Both the position numbers and the translations under genes were made by a program. A stretch of DNA of 64,000 nt from a virus (Duplodnaviria; Caudoviricetes), in the IMG/VR virus record IMGVR_UViG_3300031853_000001, positions 1 through 64,000 of that record; one strand, 5' to 3'. Each line of letters opens with the position of its first letter. The stretch's first letter is position 1. This document shows positions 1 through 12,500 of this stretch, piece after piece. Under the pieces are notes generated by a model. That model searched no databases, had not been told where the DNA came from, and saw only the letters and a program-made list of their open reading frames with translations.

Positions 1-1
1 T

Positions 2-3000
2 ATTACTTCCAATATTTAATTCTCCACCAGTTTTAATTTCTATTCCTGTGCTATCTATAACTACAGCAGAGGCTGTTTTTTGAGCATTTACAATAACAAT
101 TCCACCATTAGAACCAATTAACATTGGCAATGTTTGATTATTACCAAGTATTAATCCATAAGAATCTCCCGCATAAATTGGATAACCATTCGCATCATAT
201 GTAATACCATCAACAGTTTTATTTTTATTATTTTCATTATAACCAATTAATCCATAAACAGTAATTGGAGTAATTTGCGTAATCAGTCTTTCTGCTTTGG
301 TATCAGTTTGACTAATATCAGTTTTTATTTTACTTAAATCATTTTCTAATCCTTCAATATCACTTTTAGGTATTGTAGCGCCATCTAACAAGAAACTTGT
401 TGCAGTAATTGAGCCTCTAATTGTAGCATTAGTAGCAGTCATTGCTCCATTACCGTATACTTTAAAAGACGCATTAGCTGGTTTTTTATTTGTTGTACCA
501 GCCCAAAACATTATATCGTTTGCTCCATTAGTAGAAGTATCAAATGTTGAACTTAATCCAACAGCGCTATTTCCAGCAATAATTTTAGTTTTATCAATAA
601 CCCATCCACCAATTTGTCCAGCGCCAGCAATAATTTTACCAGAAATATCTGCATTAAAAGCATATAAATGCCCATTAGCATCTACAACAAAATTTGGCGC
701 ATAAACTTGAAATCTAGCTCCATCATAATTACCACTAAAAGCTTCATCTGCTGTAATATAACGTGTAAAATCCGCAGCTTTTCCTGCAGAACCAATAATA
801 ATACCTTTTTGAGAAATATCAACAAGAGCACCATTACCTTCTCTATCTGCATTGGCTAAGTGAATTTTCCCACCCGTCATACTAATATACGAACGACTTC
901 CTTCATCTTGTACGTTGCCAACTGCCATTTCAATACTATTTTTAGTAATTTTTACGCCAGCAGCGCCATCTTTAGTACCAACATTAGTATTAACAGAATC
1001 TTTTTCGTCAACAATTGCTGAACCAAAAATTATATAATCTTTAGTAATATCAACTGCGCTACCAGTTTTTCCACCAGTAACACCAAGCAGTAATCTAGAA
1101 CTGCTTAATTCAACTGCTGCACCAGTACCAATATCATCTACTGCACCACTATAAAGTTTTAACGGTTTATTTGTTCCTAAATAAATTCCTTCATCTTTAT
1201 TAATTCGAATAGCAGAAGTATTTGAAGAATCAGAAGAATAAATATTTATCCCATCTGCGCCCTTCATGGTAATTCCACCAGCAGTAGCCATATCTATCCC
1301 GCTAGGCTTAATGTCTACATAAGAAGTTGCCGCATTTGCGCCAGAAGCGGTCGAAGACACAATTTTAATACCCTTATTATCACTTGGGCTCACAGAACCT
1401 ATATTAATTTGAGAACCAGTAATATCTACTTTGTTATTCGCTTGCACTAATACATTAGCATTAGCTTGAATAGCAACGTCTTTTCCACTTCTCAAACTAA
1501 TATTAGTTTCTGCTTCTAAATCAATTTTCCCATGCTCTGCGTCTACATTTAACGCGGCGCCTTTAATTTGAGCTAATGAACCATCTTTTATCAAAGACCA
1601 ACCATTTAAACTAATTAATTTATTAGCGTTAGACATATTTCCGTAATTAACCTGAGAACTATTTTCTGTAGCTAAATAAATATTACCATCTGCGCGCGTC
1701 CAAATGTCTCCAACTTTAAAAGATAAAGCAGTTGAATTTATTTTTGGATTATACCTTCTACCATTGCTATCATCTATAAAATCTGTTGGCGTCAAATTTG
1801 CTTTAATATTCTCTTTAAAACCGGCTAAAATATCGGCATTATTAATTACTAAATTATGAACATCTTGAACAGAAGATGTAGCCGCCGCAAGTAATTTCCC
1901 CGCTTCTTCCCAGCTTGCTTTTAACTCTTGTCTAATAAAAGGTTCATATTGAGCGTAGGCTTCTGGTGGAGAAACAACTCTTTCTAACTCAACTGGTAAT
2001 TTATTTGCAATATCATCAATTAAATTATCATTTAAAAATCCATAAGGATTCAACATGGAAGCAAGAGAATTAAATAATCCAGAATTCTTTTTCATTTCTT
2101 CTGTTTCAGCCACAATAGTTGAAAACAAATCTTCAAACTTTGTTTTATAATTTTTTATAACAATTTTATCTTGCCAAGGATGATCTAAATCTAAATCAAC
2201 TTCAGAAATATATCCTAAAGTATTTTGAAATTTAAATTCCGCATCGTTAATATGAGCAATTTGTCCTAAGCGTTGATAATCGTTATGAATTAATTCGGTA
2301 TTTAAACTCATCAAATCAATTTCATAAGAAACTTTTGGATATGCATTTTCTTTTAGCACTTGAAGCGCATCTAAATAAATTGCTAAAGCCGCGGTAGAAA
2401 CTACAAAATTAATTGAATATATTGCATTAAAATTTTTAGGAATTTTAAAAAAGATTTCTGGCTTTAAAGTAATATATAATTTACTATCTCTATTTAAAAC
2501 TGAAAAATCTTTATAATTTTCTAATAATACATTTTCACGCTTTAAATATAATTGTGTTTGAGGACTTTTTACACAATTAGAATTAATTTGAATACGTGGA
2601 TAAGCCATTTTATAAGAAAATTTCTTTGCAATATCTGTAGGAGAAATAATCCAATTAAGACCCGAAGCATTTTCTACTAAAGTTTCTACATATTCTCCAG
2701 AGCTATTAATATTAATAACAGATAAATGTCCATTTTCTTTCATAGCGTTTAATTGCACATCTAGTACATTATCTGCGCCAATTAATAATAATACTGGAAT
2801 AATATAATTGTTATTGTTTATAAAACAAGGAGTCATTTTAGACCCCAAAGTTAAATATTCTTTATCACCCTGATTTGAAGTTCCATTTAATGTATAAATG
2901 AATGATAATTTTGAAAAATCATCATAGGTATTAAAATTACTTAAAATCTTTTTAGTTAATCTTATACATGGATAATAATGTTTATCCCCTTGTATCCCAA

Positions 3001-4999
3001 AATAATAAAACAAGTCTTGTTCTTCATCAAATAATTCTGTATCCCAACCAAAAGATACTATTTTATTCTTATCATACTTACTATCTACATTTACTTGTAA
3101 AGCTTCATTATAAACAGTACCATAACCAGAATACTCATCTTCTGGTTGCCAATTGCCTTCTCGTAAAGCAGGGCCCATAAAACATTCAAAATCTTTAATA
3201 ATATTTTCTTCCTGACTAACTAATTCATTAAGCTCATTCTTTTTTTGCTCTAATTGATTATTAATATTATCCAATTTTTCCTGATTTACTTCTGCTGCAT
3301 TTTTTTCTTGTTGCATTTTTTTAGCATAATACTGTCCTACTTTTTTATAATAATCTTCTAAAGAATAATCAAAAATAGCCCAGATAATCGTTGTATTTTC
3401 TAATGATACTTTAATATTCGTTAATTTATTAATATTACCAGTTTCATCTGTCTCAACATTAAATTGAGAAATTAAATCTGATAAAGTATTCGTTAAAGAA
3501 TCATAAGTTTTATATAATTTTATAGTCTCTCTTTTTATGCCATTGGTTCTTAATTTAGCATAATAATTATTACCATTATTTTCTTTTACTAATACCAAAG
3601 ACTGTGGATTAAGATTTGTTATGGAAACAACACCATCTCCACCTGTAATTGAATTATTAACTAAATTTATATTATCTAAATTTTCAGTAGCCATTTGCAT
3701 ACTATCTTTGGCAGTTTGCACTTTTGCTTCTACTTTAGAGCGGTCATTTTCTAATTCAATTATTTTTTCTTGTAAAGGAATAATGGAAGCGTTAAGTTGA
3801 TGTAATTTAGCTTGATAAATTTCTACTTCATCATACTGCTCTTGAGAAATTGCTCCGATGTTATATAAATAATCAAAATTTAAAACATAATCATCTAAGC
3901 TTTTATTCGCGGCAGTATCTGCTATAGTTATTTGGCCACTAGGCATATCTTCATCATCTAACGGCCTTACAAACATCTTTGTAATAGTATCTGTTCCATC
4001 CATGTTTCTAACTAATTGCTGAGTATCATAATTATAAGTTAAATCAATAATACCTTCAGATTCCTTTAAAAAATTATTATAAAAAATAACTTCTCTATCT
4101 ATTATATGATAATTCTCATCATAATAATATTTATATTTACAGAAAACTTGAAACATTTCTGCCACAGTTTGACTTAAATTATAACGATTACTTTCGGAGG
4201 CTTCAATCATACGATATTTTTCAATAAACTTTTCTTTTGCCGTCGCTATTAATTGGTCATTAGATACCTTCCAATTAGAAATATATTCATCTTCGTAAAT
4301 AGTATCTCTTCTTCTTAACCCAGCTTTTTCACGGCCAGAATTAAATTTGTTCTTTTCTTCTGTTGTAAAAGAAGCATAATCAATTCCATGTAAACCACTA
4401 TAAGTATCGTTCAAAATTCCATCATATGAGCTCCAATCCATTTGGACAGAATAACGCCAATTAGTATTTTTAAAAATTTTATCAGCCCAATAGATTATAT
4501 TGCCTTGAGGAATGGGAGTGTCTTGAGAACCTTCAAACCATTCTTTCTGCGCGAGGGAAATTTCATCGACCCCTTCTAGCGCAATTTTGTACCCTTGTTT
4601 ACCAAGCTCATGAAAGGCTAATCCTTCACAAGAAACACTACAATATTTTTCATAACCTTCATGAGACTCTTCAACATTTGTAATAATAAATTCATAGATG
4701 CCTTCTTCTTTGGTATTTTTATTAAAAATAACCTTAATTTTTCTTAAACTTGAGATAATATTTCCATTAATAGTATTATACCAAATAGGATTCTCTACAA
4801 AAATATTATTTGAGCTATGTAGGTACATTGGAATTTTAAAAGTTAATGTATTTTCCCCATCATCTTTTAAAATCATTTGTGGTTCTTCTATGTCTCCTCT
4901 TTTTTCAGAATTAGAAGACAGCTTCAAGACAGTAATAAAACTGTCTTGAAGTGTCCAAACAGAGATTTCATAATCTCTTATATCTTTTTTCCCAATCAT
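2..4999 (-). CDS. Minor tail / tail-tip protein (Tal/endopeptidase-type position), 3'-truncated by the window edge, >1,660 aa
   Basis: Not in the ORF track. AAGGAGG RBS then ATG at 4999 (MIGKKDIRDYEISVWTLQDSF...). The same frame still reads as Gly/Ser/Thr-rich beta-type protein at the left edge (...STGIEIKTGGELNIGSN). Lies directly downstream of the Dit-like gene and TMP. Confidence 0.8.
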   Translation of the reverse strand, partial: MIGKKDIRDYEISVWTLQDSFITVLKLSSNSEKRGDIEEPQMILKDDGENTLTFKIPMYLHSSNNIFVENPIWYNTINGNIISSLRKIKVIFNKNTKEEGIYEFIITNVEESHEGYEKYCSVSCEGLAFHELGKQGYKIALEGVDEISLAQKEWFEGSQDTPIPQGNIIYWADKIFKNTNWRYSVQMDWSSYDGILNDTYSGLHGIDYASFTTEEKNKFNSGREKAGLRRRDTIYEDEYISNWKVSNDQLIATAKEKFIEKYRMIEASESNRYNLSQTVAEMFQVFCKYKYYYDENYHIIDREVIFYNNFLKESEGIIDLTYNYDTQQLVRNMDGTDTITKMFVRPLDDEDMPSGQITIADTAANKSLDDYVLNFDYLYNIGAISQEQYDEVEIYQAKLHQLNASIIPLQEKIIELENDRSKVEAKVQTAKDSMQMATENLDNINLVNNSITGGDGVVSITNLNPQSLVLVKENNGNNYYAKLRTNGIKRETIKLYKTYDSLTNTLSDLISQFNVETDETGNINKLTNIKVSLENTTIIWAIFDYSLEDYYKKVGQYYAKKMQQEKNAAEVNQEKLDNINNQLEQKKNELNELVSQEENIIKDFECFMGPALREGNWQPEDEYSGYGTVYNEALQVNVDSKYDKNKIVSFGWDTELFDEEQDLFYYFGIQGDKHYYPCIRLTKKILSNFNTYDDFSKLSFIYTLNGTSNQGDKEYLTLGSKMTPCFINNNNYIIPVLLLIGADNVLDVQLNAMKENGHLSVININSSGEYVETLVENASGLNWIISPTDIAKKFSYKMAYPRIQINSNCVKSPQTQLYLKRENVLLENYKDFSVLNRDSKLYITLKPEIFFKIPKNFNAIYSINFVVSTAALAIYLDALQVLKENAYPKVSYEIDLMSLNTELIHNDYQRLGQIAHINDAEFKFQNTLGYISEVDLDLDHPWQDKIVIKNYKTKFEDLFSTIVAETEEMKKNSGLFNSLASMLNPYGFLNDNLIDDIANKLPVELERVVSPPEAYAQYEPFIRQELKASWEEAGKLLAAATSSVQDVHNLVINNADILAGFKENIKANLTPTDFIDDSNGRRYNPKINSTALSFKVGDIWTRADGNIYLATENSSQVNYGNMSNANKLISLNGWSLIKDGSLAQIKGAALNVDAEHGKIDLEAETNISLRSGKDVAIQANANVLVQANNKVDITGSQINIGSVSPSDNKGIKIVSSTASGANAATSYVDIKPSGIDMATAGGITMKGADGINIYSSDSSNTSAIRINKDEGIYLGTNKPLKLYSGAVDDIGTGAAVELSSSRLLLGVTGGKTGSAVDITKDYIIFGSAIVDEKDSVNTNVGTKDGAAGVKITKNSIEMAVGNVQDEGSRSYISMTGGKIHLANADREGNGALVDISQKGIIIGSAGKAADFTRYITADEAFSGNYDGARFQVYAPNFVVDANGHLYAFNADISGKIIAGAGQIGGWVIDKTKIIAGNSAVGLSSTFDTSTNGANDIMFWAGTTNKKPANASFKVYGNGAMTATNATIRGSITATSFLLDGATIPKSDIEGLENDLSKIKTDISQTDTKAERLITQITPITVYGLIGYNENNKNKTVDGITYDANGYPIYAGDSYGLILGNNQTLPMLIGSNGGIVIVNAQKTASAVVIDSTGIEIKTGGELNIGSN

Positions 5000-5020
5000 T
5001 ACAACAACCTCCTTTAACTC

Positions 5021-6565
5021 TTACCAATACATAACATCAAAAGAAATTGAAAAATCGGTTAAATTTTCATTACTGCTAATTTTTTTATAACCAGATTTCG
5101 ATTCTAAAACTATTCCTCCATTTGAATCAAGATAATTTCTTCCTTCTATAACCAAGTAATCAGAACGAATCATATCTCCTACATTTTGTTTTATATTGCT
5201 AAAAGTAGTTTTATTAATTGTATCAGTAGCAGAGTTAAGAATTTTTATTGAAAAAGTTGCTGTAGCTTCTCCAGTTTTAGAATTTACTGAAAAAACTATT
5301 GGAGCATTAAAATTTACAAATTTTTTCATATTATTTTTTAAAGTAATTAAATTTTGTGAAGTCAAAAGAGAAGAAATATTTAAAGCATTTAAGCAAGCTA
5401 CAGCCCAAGCCCTAGAATACTGCTCGTTTATTTGTTCTCTAATTAAATTTAAGACTTCTGTAGGTGTTTTATTTAAGGAATTAGAAAAAATTTTAATAGC
5501 TTGATTATAACCAGTTAAAATACCTGGAGTTGTAAATTGAAAAATTTTATCTCCAAAATTTTCATCCTCGATTGTAATAGTCGAAAATTCTTCTAATTCA
5601 GGATTTTGAATTTTATTTTTAGGGCTAGAAATATAATCATTCGCATCCATAATAGGCTTCATAGAAAATTTAATTATTGGCTGTGAAGAAGCTGTACCAC
5701 TATAAAATAAATATTGCGGAGTAGTATTATTCAATAATACCCCTGCAGATGATGTTGTTACACTAATACCTAAGCTGCTTTGATTTGTAATAGCAGAATC
5801 TGTTCTTGTCTCTGTTGTAAGTAAAGTTTTATTATCTCCTAAAAAAATATTATTTATTAATCCATACTGATGAGGAATACCATCTTCTAAAATAATTTTT
5901 AACATATCTTTATCTTTCAAAGTTTCTACTTTATTAGAATTTGTTGAACTTGCACTTAACCTAGCTAGACTAACTTTATTTACATAAGATGGCATATATC
6001 TTAATTTCGCGTGCCAACGAGGTTCATCCATTACAAAAGATAATTTTACTTCACCTTTATATAACGTAGTACTTGTTTCAAAAGTACTGCCAGCTATTTT
6101 TAAAGTAGTTTTCTTTTCAAATGGCAAAAATGATAAAACTGGAACGGATTCTACTCGCGCAAGAATAGCTCTATTTGGGTGTTCAGATAAAATTAATTCT
6201 CGTTCTTTTCCTGGAGAAAACCATTCTCTAAAATCGTCTATTTGTCGTTCAGTTATTCCATCAGTAGCTAAATCTAATTCTAAGTTATTAGCAGATAAAT
6301 TACTCCCCCAATAAAGCTGGCCATTTAAAACGTCATATGTCGAAGTCAAATCAGAAAATTCTGTATAAGCTTTTCTTTCCATCCTATCATTTAAATTTAC
6401 AACTATTAAACCAAAATCTTCTATAACCTTTTCACCAAAAGTAAAACTAATAAAAGACCGGCTCATGTAGGGCAGGCGTTTACCTGCCCCATCATGAGTT
6501 GCTTGATAAACTTGTGAAGTAATTTCTTTATTACTCCAAGTTTCATTACCAATTAATTTTGCCAT
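5021..6565 (-). CDS. Distal tail (Dit-like) protein, 514 aa
   Basis: Immediately after TMP. N-terminal pattern (FTFGEKVIEDFGL ... ELILSEHPNRAILARV ... YKGEVKLSFVMDEP) is typical of siphophage Dit proteins. Confidence 0.65.
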   Translation of the reverse strand: MAKLIGNETWSNKEITSQVYQATHDGAGKRLPYMSRSFISFTFGEKVIEDFGLIVVNLNDRMERKAYTEFSDLTSTYDVLNGQLYWGSNLSANNLELDLATDGITERQIDDFREWFSPGKERELILSEHPNRAILARVESVPVLSFLPFEKKTTLKIAGSTFETSTTLYKGEVKLSFVMDEPRWHAKLRYMPSYVNKVSLARLSASSTNSNKVETLKDKDMLKIILEDGIPHQYGLINNIFLGDNKTLLTTETRTDSAITNQSSLGISVTTSSAGVLLNNTTPQYLFYSGTASSQPIIKFSMKPIMDANDYISSPKNKIQNPELEEFSTITIEDENFGDKIFQFTTPGILTGYNQAIKIFSNSLNKTPTEVLNLIREQINEQYSRAWAVACLNALNISSLLTSQNLITLKNNMKKFVNFNAPIVFSVNSKTGEATATFSIKILNSATDTINKTTFSNIKQNVGDMIRSDYLVIEGRNYLDSNGGIVLESKSGYKKISSNENLTDFSISFDVMYW

Positions 6566-6571
6566 ACTCCA

Positions 6572-9500
6572 TTACCTCCTTGAAACGGAATGATTACCGG
6601 CTTTTCTAGCAATACGAACCATTTCTTCAAATGCTTGTTGTCCTGCGCGTCTTGCATCATAATCATTATTAATAGAATCTACTTTCATTACAAAATCTAG
6701 TCGTTCAATATTAATACCAGAATTTTCTCCCAAATTATTTAATACACCGCTATTAAAGAAATTATTGTTGAATTTATTAATAGACAAACTAAAGTTTTCT
6801 AAACTATCTAATAACTGTTCGCGCAAAAATTCCGTCTGGGCAGCATTTAAAACACTTTCTGGTTTTTGTTTAGAACCATCAACCCAAGCGGGACCAGTAT
6901 AATCAATTAAACCGCCTGCTTTAAAAGCTTGTCCTCGAACACCAACAAATTTTCCAACTATTTTCCCATCATCTGTAATTGCCAATTCAGACTGTAAAGA
7001 AGATTGGCTTTGACGTTCTTTTAGATTTTCATTAATAAAAGATAAAATTGCATTAGAGTCTTGTTTCATAATTTCTCTAACTTCATTCCAAAGTAAACCA
7101 TTTTCTTTATTATAAGCTAAAGTTTCCTCTGCAATTTCAATCTGTTTATCTAATTTTTCAATCTGTCTATCAGATGCTTCTTTTACTGCATCAATTTGAT
7201 CTTGACGTTCTTGGAAATAAGTATCTTGTTGTTTAGACCTAATTTGTTCTTGTAGGCTATTTATTTGAGAAGCAGAACCGCCAGAACGTTGTAAAATAGC
7301 TAACTGACGTTGCAGTTTATTTAATTCATCTTGATTTTCTTGTCTTTCATACATTTTCTTTTCTTTATCTAATTGCTCATTTAATCCATCTAAGAAATTA
7401 TTCGCGGCTTCAGATAACATATCTTTTTGTTCTTTTAATTCATCAATGCGCTTTTGTTCTCTATCTTCGATAGCTTGTAAAATTTTATTTTCTAATTCTA
7501 CTTCATTATCTTGAATTTGATTTTTAATATCAATAACATTACTTTTTAGATCAAGCTCTGTATTTTTTAAATCTTGAATATCATCTTCGGTTTTTTCTAT
7601 TTTTTCTTGTATGCCTTTTGAGTTATCAAAGAGGGCTTTAACCGCAGCTTCTCTCTCTTCTTTTGTTGCATTTTCAATACCATTTGCAAAAATTTTCTGG
7701 CCAGATGTGTCAAATTGCATTAAATCTTCAAAATTAAATGCTCTTAATATTTCAAATTGTTGATCTATATTATATTTCATGCTGTTATCAGCATTTTGTT
7801 TAGTTAGTTCTTTAAAAAGTTCTTCTGTATTTTTTACTGAAATACTAATATTCTCATTAATATCTTTAAAACTATAAGCTCCATTTTCTTCTGTGCCAGT
7901 TAAAATAATTCCATTTGTATTTTTTATTCGTTCTTTAAACTCGTCATCATTATACTGGAATCTACCATTTTCAACTTTAAAAAGTTTTTTCTGGGCTTCT
8001 GTCCAATTAGCTTGATCTAATAATTCGGCCTGAGCTTTTTCACGCGCGACTAAATATTCTCTATTAGTTTTTTCTTGTTGTTGTAAACTATCTAATTGTT
8101 CAAGCAAATTATTTGCAATACTTTCTCCATTATTTTTACGAGTCTTATCTAAAATATTATATTCTTTAGTTAATGTGTTTAATTCATCTTGTTCAAGTTT
8201 AATTTTTCTTAACCAACTATGCCATTCTTCAAAAGGATTTTGTAATCCAGCAGCAATATCAGAAAGCTCTTTAATTGAGTTATTAATATCCAATAAAGAA
8301 TTTTCATCTTTTTTAAGTTCGTCTCTGGTATCTTCTAACCCATCTTTTTCTTGGTTTGTTTTTTCAATAACTTGATCTTGACTTTCTAACCATTTTCTAG
8401 TAGCATCTTCTATAGTCTTTTGGTCAAGACCTTCGAAACTTCTAAAACCGATAGACCCAGCAATTTCTTTTTCAAGACCTAATCCACGAACAATTTGCAC
8501 TAAAGAATTATCAGAATATTTTGCTCTACCAAAGGCGTCTGTGTCCATTAAATCAGCCAATATTTCACTTGGAGTACCAGAAGCTTCAAAAATATCATAT
8601 AAAATATTTCCATTAACATCTTTTCGACCAGTATCATATTTAATAGTCTTTGCGCCATTACCAACTTTTCCAGAAGTAGCTCTTACTAAATCACCATTAC
8701 TATTAACAGCAAGGAAACCGCCGCTATTTTCAACAGCGTTTTTCCTATTTTGCTTATACTGCTCTTCACGCATTTTAAGCTCTTCTTTAGAAGTTTCTAT
8801 ATTTTGTTTAGTTAAATTATATTGATCTTTTAAATTTTTTGCTTGCTCTTTAGTATGGTCACCAATAGATTTAGTAAGACCATCATACTCAGTAGCTAAC
8901 TGATTCAATCTTCTTTGTTCTTCATTAATTTGTCGAGTAGTTTCGTACCAAGCTGTAATAGTGCTATTTAACGCTTCTCCCTTTTGAATTGCGTCTAGTA
9001 ATTGCCTATTAACTTTTTGTAGTTCAGTATTCTCTTTAGCAACATTTAAATCAGCTTGCTCATAAGTATCTAATTTAGCATTAACGTCAGGAATTATTTT
9101 ATCAATTACTTGCCAAATATCGTTACCAACTTTTTCACGTTCTTCTTTTGTTAAATCTTCTAAAGAATTTTTACCTAAATTATTTTTAACATAATCTGTA
9201 ACAGCATTTACACCAAGTATTGATTCTGCAAAAGAATATAAATCTCCAGCTTTATAATAAGAACTTCCATCTAAATTTTGTTTTCCAAATTCATCACGAA
9301 GTTCTTTAAAGGACATTCCTCTAAGTTTCGCTAAAGTTCCTTTTTCATATTTATTATCTATACTAGTTTCTTCAATTGAATATTTTATAACACCTTGATC
9401 ATATTTTTCATCGCCATATCTTACTTCTCTTTGTTGTTTATTTTCATCTGTGTAAATTCTAATTTCTCGACCGTTTTCATCATATTCTTGTTTATAATTC

Positions 9501-12500
9501 TTTAATTTGGTATTATTTAATTTTTCACCAACATTATTCGTATTATTATAGAATAATCTTCCATCTTCATCTATAGTAATATTTTGTCTAATCGCCGCGG
9601 CAAAAGCATCGGTTTGATCATTTAATTTTTCTATACTTTTATTATAAGCTTCTTGTTTTTCATCCCTGTCTTTTGTTGCCAAAGCGATTCTTTTTTCTGT
9701 TTCCGCGCGCTGTTCTTCTAACTTCTCTAAAGATTCTCCTTGAGTATAACTTCTATTTAATAACTGATTATATTCTTCAGTAATTTTATTTAGTCTATAC
9801 TGAGATTCGGCTATTTTTTGAGTCCATTCATACCAATTTTCTAAATGATCAGTCACCGCAGCAGTTTCTTTAAGAGATTCCCTTATTTCATTATTTGCGT
9901 CTAGAATTTTTCCTTTTATTTCTTCAAGAGTTTTTTCTTGTTCTTTTAACTCATCGGCGTCTTGATTAATAGTGTCTCCTTTACTTATAGAAGATAGATA
10001 ATCTCGGTAAAGCGATAATACCTCATCTTTTGTTAATCCTTCTAAAGTTAGATACCCACCAGCTTTCGCAACTTCCGCATCTAAACCAAGTTGTTTTAAT
10101 ATCTGGCCTATTTCTTCAATAGAAAAATTATCTGAGGATAGTTCTTGAACTAACTTGGCTGGGTCTAGGTCAAGAGTAATATTTTGTTGATACTTCTCAG
10201 TCTCAAATCCATTTTCCCCTTGAATAAGATTTCCATTTGCATCTAACCGTGCCCTTTGCCTTGTTAAACTAATTAAAGCTTGGTTATTATTAACTTGGGT
10301 TCCAGCCGCGCGAGCACGATTGACTAAACCAGCACTATCAGCATATTTAATACCATTTGCGCCATTATCAACAAAGAATAAACTATTTTCAGATAAAAGT
10401 TTATTTTTATCCTTTTCAAATTGAGCTTGCTTTTTAATTAATTCATTTTCAGTATTTATTAACTCTTTATTTAAAATACCTACTTGATCGCGCAAATTGT
10501 CTGTTAAAGCTTTTGAATTATCACCAAGTTTTTTAGTTAAATTATCATATTGAGCAGTTTTTAAATTTAACTCATTTTGAGCATCTGCAATATCACGAGA
10601 AATATTATACCATTCATCTAAATGGTCTATAATTTCTGTTTGGTATCTAGTTTGCTCTAATATCTGATGATTAAGCTCTTTTTGATGATTTATTTCTTCT
10701 TGAGTTTTAGTTCTTCCTTCTTCAACAGTATTTACTTTTTGATTATATTCTTCTGGATGTTGATTAAAATATTCTAATGCTGCTTTTACCGCTTCTTCTG
10801 CGCCTTCTTCTGTGCTTATATCATAAGTAGTACCATTTATTTTTTCTACGTCTGCTAAAAGACCAGCTTGCCAAAACGCTTCTGCTTGTTGTAATTTATT
10901 ATATTTAGAATTACCATAAGCATCAGTAGCAGTTAATTGCTTTATAAAATTATCGAAGCTAGAAACGTCAAAAGATTCTGTAAACCATTCTTCAAAAGGT
11001 TGCTCAACTCCTTTCTCATCTTTTCGTGTTCCTCTTCTCATTAATTGTAAATTAACTGCATTTGCATTTAAAGCATCCCACAAACTTGCATCAAAATTCT
11101 GCTTAAATGAGCCAGGAGCGTCATTTTGAATTAATCTTCCATTTTCATCAAAAGTCCATAAACCTTTTTGCACTAAGCTAGATTGTTCTAATTTAGCTCT
11201 ATCTTCTGCTAAATCTTGCTCTTGTTCTGCTTGTTTTTCTCTTGTTGCTTCTAAGGTTTTTTGACTTTCTGCATATTGCTCATGTAAATTGTTAATTAAA
11301 TCTGAAGTAGTTGTTGTACCATCTTGTTGTAATCCATTATATTCAGCAGTTAATAAATTCAAACGATTTTGCGCAGAAGCAATCTTTTGGTCTAAATCAT
11401 ACCATTCATCTAAATTTTCAACAACACCTTGAACAGAAGCAGTTAAATCTCGTACTGTTTGATTATAATCTTCTACAGCATTTTCATCGTCTAAAACTTC
11501 TTCTTCCAATTTTTCAGCAGAATCTCCAAGGCCATTAATCGAATCTTTTAGAGTATCAAATTTTTCATAAAAATTCTGAACTGCATTTTCTTGCCAATTT
11601 TCTGCTGTTGTATCAATTGATTTTCCTGATGCATCTTTTAAAGCAAAATCACTAAAGCCTAATTTTTCTATAACTTGCCAGGCTGTTGCAGCATTATAAG
11701 CCGGATTTCCAGCAGCGTCAATTTTCTGCAACTCAGTAAGTAATGCCAATCCGCCCGCAGGAAACTCAACAGGTACATCTACTGTTTTACCATTTTCTTT
11801 TGACTGACCCGCTGAAACAGCTGCGAGTTTACCTTTTTGAATTTTCTTCGCATTCTTTTTATTATATTCCTCAGCTTCTTCTGGCGAATAAGTTTCCTCT
11901 AAAGTAATTGGAACAGAAATTTTTCCAGTAGATTTAAATTGTTCAGCAAATACTGGGTTATATTGAGACATATAATTCATGAAAGTCTCGTCGTCACCAA
12001 GAAGTAATCTATTATTTTCTCCTAATTTAAAGAATGCACCTAATGGGGTATTTTCAATAGCATTTTTTGCTTTCGTTGCTTGTTCTGTTCTCTGCTCTTG
12101 AGCTAATTGTCTTTTTGTGTTTATATTTTCTAAAGTTTTTGCGCGTTGTTGTTCTAAATTAGCAAGTTTTTCAGAAGTAGAAGCACCTCGTTTTTCTAAT
12201 AAAGTATATTCTTTACTTAATTTGTTAATTTCATTTTGAGTTTCTTCTATTTGTTCTAGCCAATTATACCATTTTTCAACTTCTTTAACAACAGCACCCA
12301 TTTCTTCAGCGGATTTTCCACCGCCGTCTCCACCTCCGCCACCAGCGCCAGCAAGCGCGCCAAGGTCTTTAAGTGAAGATTTTGATAACGACTGCCACAT
12401 GGCTCTTAATTGTTTTAATACAGCAAGCGCGTCAGAAGCGCTAGCCATTGCAGGGCCAACATTACCTGTAGCTAATGAGGTAGCTTTGCGTTCATTTGTC

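Noticed and set aside
1-6565. Diversity-generating retroelement targeting tail genes
   Set aside because: No reverse transcriptase or template/variable repeat pair is visible in the window.
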